Of a DNA stretch of 46,970 nt, positions 1 to 14,609 are shown in pieces (position 1 is the stretch's first letter; every line of letters starts with the position of its first letter). Both the position numbers and the translations under genes were made by a program. The notes below the pieces were generated by a model. That model worked only from the letters and a program-made list of their open reading frames with translations, did no database searches and was not told where the DNA came from. Source of the stretch: Vezdaea acicularis (lineage: Eukaryota); the NCBI GenBank assembly GCA_026025075.1, contig JAPEUI010000028.1:124001-170970 (forward strand), in the 5' to 3' direction.

Positions 1-840
1 TATCAGCGTGTAAGTGTACTATGAAATGAGACCAAATACCGTACCGAATACTGACTTTATGATGTCACATTTTGTGGCCAATATTCCAACGGTGTCCAGC
101 GAGTTGGCATAAGCAACAATTCCGCATCTTGATACCATACCATAGGAGGGCTTGAAGCCCACAACCCCTGTGTATGCAGCAGGTAGTCTGACAGATCCAC
201 CCGTGTCCGTGCCAATGGCACTGTAGTGCGTCAGCCCTACAGTCCTGTATACCATGACAGTATGAGCCCTTACGCAATACACTGCTCAGTCGCAACCGCA
301 ACCGCGCTTCCTCCCGAACTTCCGCCGGCGGATGCCTGTCCATTTCCTCGCGGATTCTTTACATCATCGAAGAAAGAATTCATGGAATGAGAGCTTTTTG
401 AACCTCTCATATTAGTTTCTGGGAGCGAAATATCAAAGGGGTTATAGCTCACCCCATACCAAACTCATCCATTCCAGTCTTTCCTACTATCAAAGCTCCG
501 GCCGCTTCGAGTTTCTTGATCACTGTCGCGTCATACGGGCTTGTGTAGTCTTTGAGCATACGCGAGGCACATGTTGTAGGCAATGCCGTTGTGCAAATGT
601 TATCCTTAATGGCTATGATCTTCCCATCGAGAGGAGACCAAGATTGGCCTATTCAAAAATCAATCAAAGAGCACGAGATGTTGCGTCTGCGTTCTACAAA
701 CCAGCCTCCGCGCGATTGTGCGCTTCCCTAACCCTTGACAGGAGGCCAACATCGTCCTTCGTCTTAGATATGAACGCATTGAGCGCCTTGTAAGTTTTCT
801 GATTGCCAATAAATTTCTCCGCTTCTCGTAGCAGCGACAT
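1..840 (-). CDS. HER2: Glutamyl-tRNA(Gln) amidotransferase subunit A, mitochondrial (amidase signature family); 3' part runs off the window
   Basis: ATG at 840 ([10 protein letters not shown]). Spliced exons read [50 protein letters not shown] and [27 protein letters not shown], which are the amidase-signature motifs of GatA. Confidence 0.93.
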
Positions 841-971
841 ACGAGGTGATAGTTCGTGTTGAGACACTGTTAAGATATCGAGATGCGCGTTCTGCTAGCC
901 GAACGCGAACGTGATCGCAAACCCCCGTCCTTTATCCTCGACGTGCGGAGGTTTCGACGACCTAATCTATC

Positions 972-2215
972 ATGGCTTCAATGCTAGTAAAAAGATCCAA
1001 CCCTCGCTCGCAGAAGTGGTACAGCTTGTCCGGAGTCTCGCTCTCTCCTGGTCGACGGCGCAACATATCTGCCTATGGCTATACACAGGCCAAAGCGCTC
1101 GTATATTCGGAACACGGGGAACCTCAAGCCGTCCTTAGGCAAGCTGTTTTGCGCCACAGGCTGGAGATGTTCCTGTTCTGACACTCTTCAATAGTCTCCA
1201 CTCCCACTCACTACCCCCGGCACACTCGAAAAACTTGACCATTCGATTTCTAGCTATGCCTATCAACCCTGCAGACATTAATCAAATTCAAGGCACCTAT
1301 GCGACCCTTCCTCCATTCACATCCTCAATAGGAACTATAAAGCCTAGTGCCGTGGCTGGAAACGAGGGTGTTGCAGAGGTTCTCTCTGTTGGGTCTGGGG
1401 TCAAATCCGTAGCGAAAGGAGACTGGGTGATAATGGCTAAGACAGGCTTTGGAACATGGCGGACGCACGCGCAGTGTAGTGAAGAGCACATCATACGCAT
1501 TGAGAAGGAGGGCCTAAGCCCCAGTCAGGCATGCACTGTAGGTGTTAATCCATGTACGGCTTATCGGATGCTAAAAGACTTCGTAAACCTAAAAGAAGGG
1601 GACTGGTGGATACAGAATGGGGCAAATAGCGGGGTTGGAAGGACTGTGATACAACTGGGGAAGCTATGGGGTCTAAGAAGCATTAATGTGATACGAGGCA
1701 GGCCAAACATACAGCAAGTTCGAGAAGAGCTGAAAGGGCTCGGAGCGGACATCGTAGTCACAGAGGAGGAGATCATGGATAGAGGCTTCTCTGAGAAGAT
1801 CAAAAGTTGGACAGACGGTGGCCGTGAGCCTGTTCGTCTCGGTCTCAATTGCGTCGGAGGCAAGCCTGCCACTGCGCTCGCAAGGTCGTTGTCGCCAGAA
1901 GCGCATCTTGTAACATATGGAGCAATGAGCAAACAGCCTCTTATGTTACCAACTGGACTTTTAATATTTAAAGACTTGCACTTCGACGGATTTTGGGTCA
2001 GTAAATGGAATGATAATCATCCAGAAGAAAGGGAAAGAATGGTCCTAGAGATTCTCGGACTGATAAGAGAAGGGAAGCTTAAAGGTAGTCCAGTTCGGGA
2101 GGTTAACTGGGGATGGGACACCAAAAGAGATGACTTGGTAAGTGAAATACAGTCAACATTAGAGGGCTTCCGAGACGGGAAAGGTGTATTTAAAATAAAC
2201 GATGAAATTGATTAA
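972..2215 (+). CDS. ETR1: Mitochondrial trans-2-enoyl-ACP/CoA reductase (MDR family, mtFAS)
   Basis: Arg/Ser-rich presequence-like exon 1 (972-1138), GC-AG intron 1139-1194, then PINPADINQIQG, VNPCTAYRML, IQNGANSGVG and LVTYGAMSKQP motifs. Confidence 0.93.
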
Positions 2216-2400
2216 AAATCTCATAGCGGTGCTTGAGGGCAGACTAGTGTCCGAGATCATGTCATCAAGCACCCACTATCATAGAAAATTTCTTTGAGTT
2301 AACGTTAATATAGCCACGTCCAACATATTGAGTATGATGCACACGGCTCTTTGAATAAGGCAATGCCGAACCTTTGAGGTCCCTAAGACTATACCCTAGA

Positions 2401-3381
2401 TTATTTCCAGAAACTGTGCCTTTTTAGGTCACTGATTCGGCACGCAGTCATATTCAGCATATATTTACCGCCAGCCAGCGAGTTACAAGGTTTAATAACG
2501 TAAATTTCCGGGATTTCGCTCTCCACGAGGAATGAGAGAAGACCTTGATAATTGAGGCCAACTTGTTCGACACTATGGCTGTCGTCAGATAGCACAAATT
2601 TACCGCCCATCCCCAGAAACTCTTTGCAAATCTCAGCATTTGGATAGGGTTCAGTCATCCCTTTTCGGAGGCTTGACGTATTGATCTCTAGGAGGCCTCC
2701 ATAGCTTGCGATAAAACAGAGGTTGCGCCGAATTTTGGACCAAACATCATCCATCTGTCGAAATCCATAGTTCGGGTGGTCACTCTTTAGTCTTATAAGG
2801 TCGAAGTGGCCCACTATACATGGCAGTATTGCCTGGAGCATGTCATGTTGTGCGTCAAAGTAAGCATTAAACAAAGTCTCATCTGTTCCACCCTCTGATT
2901 CCCGGGCCTTCTGATACATTGCTGCGTCAAAATCAATCGGGATAGAGTTCACGTGATGAACAGAGCCAATGAGAATGTCAAACTGATAGTCTCTTGACAG
3001 CTCCTCAATAATTTTGCGAGATGAAGGTCGAATCCACTCTGTCTCAAACCCAACGAGTATTGTGATTTGGTCAGAGTATCTGTTTTGTAATTCACGGGCT
3101 TCGTGGTGAAACCTTTTGAACAGTTCGAAAAGTTCTTTTGGGGTTCTTCCCGCGGCTATCTATCACCAGTACAGCATTAGTTCTTGGGCATGTTCTGAGA
3201 GAATGGCGGTTTAACTTCGTACCTCCTCCGGATACAGGTCGGCCTCTTGATCTCGGGGCATGTGCTCAGTCAAAGCGAAAACCTCCATTTTCCGTGCAAT
3301 GGCAGCTTCCACCATCCCCTGCAGGGTGCCGTTCGCATGTAGACAGAATTGCCCGGAATGGCTATGATAGGAGAAAGGCAT
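2401..3381 (-). CDS. HIS2: Histidinol-phosphatase (PHP family)
   Basis: Starts MPFSYHSHSGQFC..LTEHMPR; after one intron, GSVHHV, VGHFDLIRL, LEINTSSLRKG and LSDDSH metal-binding motifs. Confidence 0.92.
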
Positions 3382-3915
3382 CTCAGCCTCGTTCTTCTTT
3401 TGATCCTTATGAAGCAAGGGAATAAGGTTGAGGGTTGACTGAGTTCTAGGTTATCAATCTTAAGACAAGAAATTGGAAGCTCAAGCTGACGGAACAGCTT
3501 AATAAAATTATGCTAATTCACCGACTAAAGAACATGGGCCTGTCTCCATTACAAAACATTACGCGGGCATTGAGCATTTTTAGGCTCTATATAGCTTGTG
3601 TACCACTATGGATTGACTGATAAAGAAATTGTGTCTAGGAAGATCAATAATCGAACCCTGAGTTCAGCCAACACGATTCGCAACAATGATGCTTGCTTAT
3701 CCCGGCTAAAGGCACTGAGGCACTATGAGCGCCACAAACACGTTGTTGCAGGGGTCGGCAAAATAGTCGAGGTGGGGCTTGGAAATGTTGAATTTGGACT
3801 GTGAGTGTTATTCGCTGTAAATTCAACTCTTCATCCCGCCCAAAGTGACGATCGGACATTCTCACTTCCCTCCTCATCCCGCTCATAATTTATTCATGAG
3901 ATCTTGCTCAGTTGT

Positions 3916-6900
3916 ATGGCAGTGACCCTAATCGCAAGGCCGTCGAGGCTCTTGCGAAATCTATTATGGCCTGGCAAACGAAGAGCCTTGGAATGCAGCA
4001 ACCTAAAAGTAAACTCCATACACCTGGAAACCCGAAGAAGATACTCATATAGCTCTGCTGCGGAATCATCTGAACGTCTTCGTGAAAATCGACCATGGGA
4101 AGCGGACGTGATTCCTCCGTTGGACACTTTTCCACGGAGGCACATTGGCCCAGACCATTCCTCGGTCAGAAAGATGCTGAAGGCCCTAGATCCTCCTGCA
4201 GACTCCCTAGACGGCTTCATCAGACAGGTCTTGCCTGCAGGTATATTAAGCTCAAAGAAGATGTATATAAGAGGCCCGCGTTCTGGGGAACATGGAAATC
4301 GAGACGGGGGCTATTCAGAATCCGAACTTCTCGATAAGATTAGTGAATTGAGCTCAAAGAATGAGAAAAGGCTCAAGACTTACATTGGATGTGGCTATGC
4401 AGACACTAGAGTCGTAGGCGTAATCAAGAGAAATGTCTTGGAGTCCCCAGCGTGGTACACGAGCTACACACCGTATCAACCAGAGATCAGCCAAGGAAGA
4501 TTGGAGTCGCTCCTGAATTTTCAGACACTCGTTTCGGACCTGACTGCTCTTTCTATATCAAACGCATCAGTTCTCGACGAGTCAACTGCTGCAGCTGAAG
4601 CTATGACGTTATCGATCAACAATCTTCCTTCGCAACGACAGAAGCGGGAAAACAAAGTTTTCGTTGTATCTCACTTGGTTCATCCCCAGACTATTGCGGT
4701 ACTCCAGTCGCGTGCTGAAGGCTTCGGAATTGTAATCAAAGTCGCAGATATTCTCGCCAATGGTAGCGCCCAGGTCAAGGAGCTAAAGGATGATCTTGTA
4801 GGAGTACTCGTTCAGTATCCTGACACAGAAGGTGGCGTTGAGGAGTTTAAGAATCTTGCCAATCTCGTCCATGAAAATGGAGCTTTGCTGAGCGTCGCAA
4901 CGGATCTTCTGGCTCTGACTGTACTGCAGCCCCCTGGAGAGTTTGGTGCAGACATTGCGTTTGGGAATGCACAGCGATTTGGAGTGCCACTGGGATATGG
5001 AGGACCCCATGCTGCCTTTTTTGCTTGCAGTGAGAAATACAAGCGCAAAATACCGGGACGCCTAGTAGGAGTTTCGAGAGATCGGCTTGGGGAAAGAGCT
5101 TTGAGGTTAGCACTACAGACCAGAGAGCAGCACATCCGACGAGAAAAAGCGACCAGCAACATTTGTACTGCTCAGGCTCTACTTGCCAATATGAGCGCTT
5201 TTTATGCTATTTATCATGGGCCTGAAGGCCTTCGGTCTATTGCAGAACGCATCATCAAAGCTACAAGAATACTCGAAGAAGGCCTCCGTCGTTTAGGTTA
5301 TGATACTGGGATAAGAGGAAAGGGGAAAGATGGAAGAGCACTATTTGACACTATTGTCACACCTGTAGGCACAGGGAAGGCTGACAGCTTCCTTCTAAGG
5401 GCACGAACTAAATTCCACACACATCTCCGCCGCGTTGATGACGACAGAGTTGGAGTCACGCTTGGCGAAAACGTGTCTCTTGGTGCAATCAGCGCACTTC
5501 TCAACATCTTTAGCCATTGGAAGGATATTGAAACCCCTGCAGCTATGGAAACTATTATCAAGGAATTATCGATGACTTTAGAGAACTCTGCTTTCTCAAC
5601 GCCAACCCCATTAAAACGTTCTTCACCCTATCTCACTCATCCCGTATTCAACACTCACCATTCAGAAACACAGCTCCTACGGTATATCTACCACCTTCAA
5701 TCCAAAGATCTCTCCCTTGTACACTCAATGATTCCATTAGGATCATGTACTATGAAGCTGAATGGGACAACAGAGATGGTCCCAATAACCTGGTCAGGAT
5801 TTTCTGATCTGCACCCGTTTCTTCCTGTATCTTCTGCAAACGGGTACAAGGCACTGATAAGTGACCTCGAGAGGTTGCTGGCTGAGATTACCGGCTTTGA
5901 TGCCGTTTCTTTGCAGCCCAATTCTGGCGCTCAAGGTGAATTTACGGGGCTCCGAATCATTAGAAAGTACCAGGAGATGCAACCAGGAAAGAAGCGTGAT
6001 ATCTGCTTGATTCCCGTCTCTGCGCATGGAACAAATCCAGCTAGCGCTGCTATGGCGGGTATGAGGGTTGTGACAGTGAAATGTGAAACAAAGACTGGGA
6101 ATCTGGACATGGAAGATCTGAAAGGAAAATGCGAGAAGTACAGCGAAGAACTTGGAGCAATCATGATCACCTATCCAAGCACCTTTGGTGTGTTCGAGCC
6201 AGAAATCAAAACTGCTTGCGAAATGGTTCACGAACATGGCGGCCAGGTTTATATGGATGGGGCAAACATGAACGCGCAAATTGGCCTCTGTTCTCCGGGC
6301 GAAATCGGTGCAGACGTCTGCCATCTAAACCTTCATAAAACATTTTGCATCCCGCATGGAGGAGGTGGGCCAGGTGTTGGTCCTATAGGAGTTAAACAAC
6401 ATCTTGCACCTTTTCTTCCGGGCCATCCGATCATCCAGACTGGAGGTTCAAAGGCCATAGCCCCTGTCAGTGGGGCGCCATGGGGTAGCGCGAGCATTTT
6501 ACCGATTAGCTGGGCATATATCAAGATGATGGGTTAGTTCGGAGCTTGACTCCTTCATCATAGTTGTATGCTAACTCCTAAACAGGCGGGCCTGGTCTCA
6601 CATATGCTACGAAGATTACTTTGCTGAATGCTAATTACATTCTTTCGCGTCTTGCACCTTACTACCCTATTCTATACACTAACGAGCATAAGCGATGCGC
6701 ACATGAATTCATACTTGACGCGCGTGGCTTCAAAGATAAAGCCGGAATTGAAGCAATCGACATTGCCAAGCGCTTACAAGATTATGGCTTCCACGCTCCA
6801 ACAATGTCCTGGCCTGTTGCCAACACACTGATGATTGAGCCAACCGAGAGTGAGAGCCAAGAAGAGATGGATAGATTCTGCGACGCCTTAATTGAGATAC

Positions 6901-7231
6901 GTAAGGAAATCCAAGAAATTGAGGACGGAAAGGCACCAAGAGAGGGAAACGTTTTGAAGATGGCCCCACATCCACAGAAGGATCTCGTGAAGGATGATTG
7001 GGATAGATGCTATACAAGAGAAAGGGCGGCGTATCCTCTGCCATGGCTCAAAGAGAAGAAATTCTGGCCTACAGTCGCTAGGCTTGACGATAGTAAGCGC
7101 GACGATTCCAATTTAAAGTGGAATTGAGCTAACGAATAGAAGCATACGGAGATACGAACCTTTTCTGTACATGCGGTCCTGTGGAAACGATTGATGGCAT
7201 GACTGGAGCGGCTGCGCCGATCCCCACATAA
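3916..7231 (+). CDS. GCV2: Glycine dehydrogenase (decarboxylating), glycine cleavage P-protein
   Basis: [44 protein letters not shown]-lysine motif [16 protein letters not shown] and C-terminal [10 protein letters not shown]; introns at about 6533-6585 and 7093-7142. Confidence 0.97.
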
Positions 7232-7746
7232 ATGTATCGTTGCTGGTTTGAGATTCAGTAAGTAGAAGCTTAGAAAAGTGGGGTAGTTGGGGCGGCGTTC
7301 AGAGTATTCAACATTTGCTCATGATTCTTCAACAAGCGGCTTTGATGGGCATTTAGAGGGCGTGCAAAGGCCATCTGCGTTCAACGATTATAGAATGTGA
7401 TAATTTTTAGCCCCACGGCAAGCCAATCTTCAAAAACTGTATATATGCTACTGTCTGGGTCTTCCGTCCATAAATATCTACTCGTCAAAACAGAAAGACG
7501 GTCCATTGTGAAATGTAATGACTCCACTATATGCAAATCTGTTGAAAACAGGCAAACCGAGAAATCTTTTCAAAACTCAACTGCTGGTATTTGAAGCAAT
7601 GTGTATTTACTTCCTGCAACGCTTGAATACTTCAAGCTAGAAACAAAGGACCCAGTGGTCGCCCACCAAAATTCACAAGGCAGTCTCTGACGGATTGACT
7701 TTAATTCCGCGAGGATTCGGAGGCAAGCGCTGGATCTGATGAAGCT

Positions 7747-8547
7747 TCAACTTGAATGCCCGGTCGCGAAATTGGTATCATTACTAAGGGGGGCGGGATA
7801 TCCTGGGCAGAACGGAATGGCATCCGGCTTTCGATAAGAATTTACACTTCCTGAAACCAAACATATGGAGTATTCAACTTGAGCCTGAGCATTCTTCTGC
7901 GAATTTGGGACCAGCACGGGGAAGTGCACTTCGTAATATTCGTAGCGATTGTTGCATTTGCAATCTGTTGACCCTTTACAACTAGTCTCTTTCCAGCCAG
8001 TGACGTTGTACACTGTAGCGATGGCTTCGATTCCACATGTATATCCAGGAGGACATTGTACGGACGTGGTTATAGCTTCTGCGTTGGTTGTGGAAATGGA
8101 TATATCAGCATGAAGGCCGAGTCCGAAGATATGACCGCTATTATCTGTATTAATATACGATAGAGCAATTTCACATAGAGCGAGGCCTATCTTACAGACT
8201 GAGGTCAGCGCCTAGCGTTGTAGTGACGGTTACAGCATATCCCTGCGTGTTTCCGATTGTGCAGCCTATTACAGTTAGTCCTTGTTGTTGTACACTATAA
8301 AGAAGCAGACGATTCTACCGGAATATGTTGCGTTACACATGGCCCCCGCAACCAGTTGCGGAGGTAATTGTATACCATATTCGCCAGTGACATTGTATCT
8401 TTCCGTGGACTGACAAGTGTATCCGCCGCTAAATCCAGAATCTCGCCCAAAGAGCCCTTTAGTCACCCATGAAAGTGACAGAGGGATGGCAAAAATGGGT
8501 GATAATAGTAGGAAGAAAGCCAACAAGTAGACTATTGGTAGGAACAT
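7747..8547 (-). CDS. Small secreted cysteine-rich protein (~229 aa, 10 Cys), effector-like
   Basis: Hydrophobic signal peptide MFLPIVYLLAFFLLLSPIFA. Introns 8266-8318 and 8138-8195 join three exons (229+70+391 = 690 nt) into one open frame. Confidence 0.75.
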
Positions 8548-9149
8548 AATGAAGAGAAAGAGCGTGGAACAGAGAAACGATAGGTATACATATGGTCGAA
8601 AGCTGCTCCAGGCCTCAGGTTAAAGGAGCGCAAGCGCAATAAAATGGAGGGCAATTGTAGTGGCCTATATACGACGCTTGGAGACATGTGGGCGGGCCAC
8701 ATAATGGCTTCATTAGAGATTACAAGACGAAAAGGTCTTAGGATTCAACAGCTAAGACAACAGGCTTTATGTCACCAGGTCAGGGCTTGTAATTTTCAAT
8801 CGCACCCTTCTGCTATAAAGTGTGAATCAGGAGGCTAGCTTGAGCCTTCCATCGATACCCTAGATGTTCGTCACTGGTTTCAGGCAAAGAGCGAGCCATC
8901 GCATATCGCGGATGAGGAAACTAGTAGAAGATGGTTTGCGCAGTTCTGTGATTGGCCCCAGACTTATTCGCAATTCGCTCAACTAGGAGCTCGCTTACCA
9001 AGCACGTGACAAAATTCCTTTTCGTACTCACGTGCTTGTTTACACTCTTTCCTGGCACCCAGCAACGACGCAAAAGGATTGTGTCCTCTCTTGATAATAC
9101 ATTTCACCTGAAGCCACCATTTACTTGTTCGCATCGAGACTCTCAAGTA

Positions 9150-10588
9150 ATGGATCGCCGCACAAATGAGGGTCACATGGAATTTGAATGGCAGAACGGA
9201 GGCCCAATAGATCCAGGGTCGCCCTTAGGTCAACTTTCAATTAACCATCGACGCATACAGCAAGAGATGGCCAATGGTAACGCGTCTCAAAAAAGTCGGC
9301 TTACCATTGTCCCTTCCTGGACATCTTGAGATCTTGCTAACGTGCTCCTAGGACCATTCAGTGTCTTTGACTCTCCATCTAAACTAGCCACACCTGCTCT
9401 ACGAGAGCCAGCATCACAAACGTTCCTTTTCAACAGTCCATCACCGACGAAGAGTGCATCAGCTCTCCCCCCCGCGTTTCGTACTTCTGCCTTCACAACA
9501 CCACGAAAAGTTGACTATGATATGTCATCAGGTCCCGAAGCAGCGTCCTCACCTGACAATGCCGATGCCGAAGACACTCCGGAGATGCCTGAAAGGAGTA
9601 CGATGGTACAATTCAACTCACGGAAGGAAGATGCTAGCTTGAGGAACTCTGAGGCGGGAGCTGGAGAGAAGCAACAGGCTTTTCTACGATCTTTGACAAA
9701 TGCTGTGACTCCTGGACGAGGAGAAATTTCTCGTAAAGGCAAGTATTCCAATGCGCTGGTCCACAAAGTGAATAGACGGAGGCGTAATGATCGAGAAAGG
9801 GACTTGCGCCTAGCTCGAGGGCAAAATGGTAACGTTTACGATTCTGACTCTGAACGTCCTGGAAGCAGCGACTCGACGGGATGTCCCCCATATAAGCCTG
9901 GCATCATTGGAGGTTTATTCAGCTATCTGGAATCTCATCCTCACTTACCGCATGTCCTTTCCTTCTACGCCCAACTGCTTCTGAACTTGTTTCTGGTATT
10001 CTTCGTCATCTACATCATGTATAGTTTCTGGTCAACCATACGCTCAGACGTAGAGGAAGCCAGCAAGGAGGTTGCTGCAGAGACCATGGCCGAGATGGCG
10101 GCTTGCGCCCAACAGTTCGTGGACAACAAGTGTGACCGAAGGAACAGAGTACCGGCGATGGAAAGCGTATGCAATAACTGGGAGCGTTGTATGAACAAGG
10201 ATCCAAGTGCTGTTGGACGAGCCAGGGTTTCTGCGCACACTTTCGCTCAAATATTCAACTCTTTCATTGAGCCGATATCGTACAAAGCGATGGTAAGGAC
10301 TTTGTAGGAAACTTATCTATGGGGAGCTTTTGCTAATGCATCATGCAGATCTTCTCTCTTGCACTGATTTTCGGCTGCGTCGCCATTTCCAACTTTGCCT
10401 TTGGCTTATTTCGCAATAAGGCTATATCACCAACGTTCATGCATCCCATTCCAACATCATCTCATCATAATCTCGACCCGTATCAGCAACAACAACATTA
10501 CTACAACACACCGTACGAGGGCTTTGAGCCGGCTCCATCAGTGGGTTTGTCAATGCAAACGCCAAGGCGTAGAGTAGAGTATCGATGA
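9150..10588 (+). CDS. BRR6: Brr6/Brl1 nuclear envelope protein
   Basis: MDRRTNEGHMEFEW start; TM helix, then the four-Cys luminal motif (CAQQFVDNKC..VPAMESVCNNWERCM..VGRARVSAHTFAQIFNSFIEPISYK) and a second TM helix; two introns. Confidence 0.9.
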
Positions 10589-11678
10589 TGGTGTAGGCAC
10601 AATCACAAAATCCGTTGGACAATGTCAATGAAGACCGAAGAGCTATGAAACCCACGTCCTGAAATTGCTAGAATTCAGTCACGGTCTGGCCAAAAACGAT
10701 AACTAAGTCCAGCCGGTCTTATGTGCATTGAAGTTCAAGGGGAATCGCAAAATAGGTGACAGGGCATAATTGCTGACATCTAAAGCGTTGTGAATAGTTG
10801 AGCGTGAATGCTTGCCAGCACGTGGTGTCGGATACCAACTGAATGCCGCAGACGTCAAGCTTTGGCTCTCTCACGGCCCGAGCGAAAAAGCTCTTAAACC
10901 CATAGCGCTGGTTTGCGTTTCGATACAAGGCTTCGCTCCTCGCATACTTCTCCAGATCCCCAGATCCTCCGCTTTATAACGCACCACAGGCGTCTGTGCG
11001 CTTGTGCCCTGGCCACCACCGCTATTTCCTCGCTCTCCACGCGCGGTTTCTCAGGCTGTTTCGCCAACACCTTAGTTCTGTAAGCCGTAATACATTCGGC
11101 CCACGCGCACTCAGTCGGTGCTGATACAGCAGGCAGCACAGACCAAATAGGATCGTGGCGAAACCCGTTCCTGGCTGAGGAGCCCAGGAAGTAGCCGCGG
11201 CCAGATCAGTTGGATGTTTGTAGATGGACAGACGCGCAGCACAGCACGTGTCTAGAAGCCTGTATATATATAATATGCACATCATGTCTCATTTCAGTAA
11301 CGTCCTCGCAGTGCAGCAGTAACCAAACACAGAAAATAAACTTCAGCGTAGCTCCCCCACAGATACAAGCCGCGACAGCCCCAAGATAAACAGGGAGAAG
11401 GAATGTATATATGAATCATTCTTCATGCGCCTGTAGATAGCTGATGGGGTCATGAAGGCGTCGTAGTTGCTGATAGCTTCGTAGCAGTCCGGCGTCCCAC
11501 ATAGCACCCAGAAGATCATGACTTCACCCACGTGATATAGGTCTTAGCTGGCTTCGAGAAGATTGGGTGCTTATACCTCCCAAACATTATACATTTCGCC
11601 CAGGTGAAGAAGTTGTTGCAGTAGCCATCCATCCATCCATCCATCCTACCTTACCCCCTGATAAAAATGGAAACCCGA

Positions 11679-13743
<2,065 letters not shown>

Positions 13744-14609
13744 GATGATGAATTATAGAGAACGTGAACCTGTGCAACAATCCGTTGAATTGCTTTCGCG
13801 ACCGCAGAACGGCCGGTTGCAAGCGGGACCTTTCCTTGTGAAAGATCACCAGCGGGGCGGCGTGTGGTGCTGACCGGGCCAAGCTGGTGCACTGGAAATT
13901 ATTCAGTTCGAAATTTTGTTTAGATAGCGCTCGATATTCGCACAGGCGATGGCCAGGGTGTCAGCGCGGGCAAGCCGATCAGATTTGACGTCAAATTATG
14001 GTGATGGGGTTTCTTGGGACCGCCCACTCTCCAAGCGCCGAACTCTTCTCGTTAAGACTGGGTGACTTTGCGACGCTCGTGTTCCTGTGATTGGCGTTTG
14101 ATTAGTAGCGACTTTGCAATGGAAGCTTTATTAGGTGCTAAGTCGATAGATGCCAACTAGATCTCTATTATGGTGCTGCTCTCTTAACAGAGCTTAGGAT
14201 GTATACTTCTAGTTGCTCAAATTTATTCTGTGGCGTTTTAGAGCCGAAAGATATTGTGGGGACTGATCGATTACGCCTCAGATATATAGAAGAGACTGCG
14301 AGTGAATGCAACTACAAACTATAATCAACCGAGCCATGTAGAGACAACATTTGTAGGCATAAATGAATGTCTATAGGTGAAAAGGGTACGGGGTTGGACA
14401 GCCGTATGACATAAACAAGTCTCCGGGAGCTGTTCCGTTGCATCGGGCGAGATGCAGGAGAACTGATGACGGCGGAATGCGGGCGGAGAGTTCCCTTCCC
14501 CTGGACGTTCGCTTTCACCCCACACAGCAAGCTGCCGGCAACCCACTAATATCGCGAGCCAAAAGCTTGGTTCGCAAATGGTATTTAGACCCACTCCGAC
14601 ACCACCAGG

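Noticed and set aside
726..735. Other telomere-like matches (CCCTAACCCT here; AGGGTTAGGG at about 22908 and 45952)
   Set aside because: Shorter (10 nt), inside a CDS or low-complexity G-rich DNA, with no structured context. They show that the template match alone is weak evidence.
10719..11285. Short ORFs and a TTCCTGG/CCAGGAA hairpin between BRR6 and SKY1
   Set aside because: No coherent gene model or RNA family signature; probably 3' UTR/terminator sequence.
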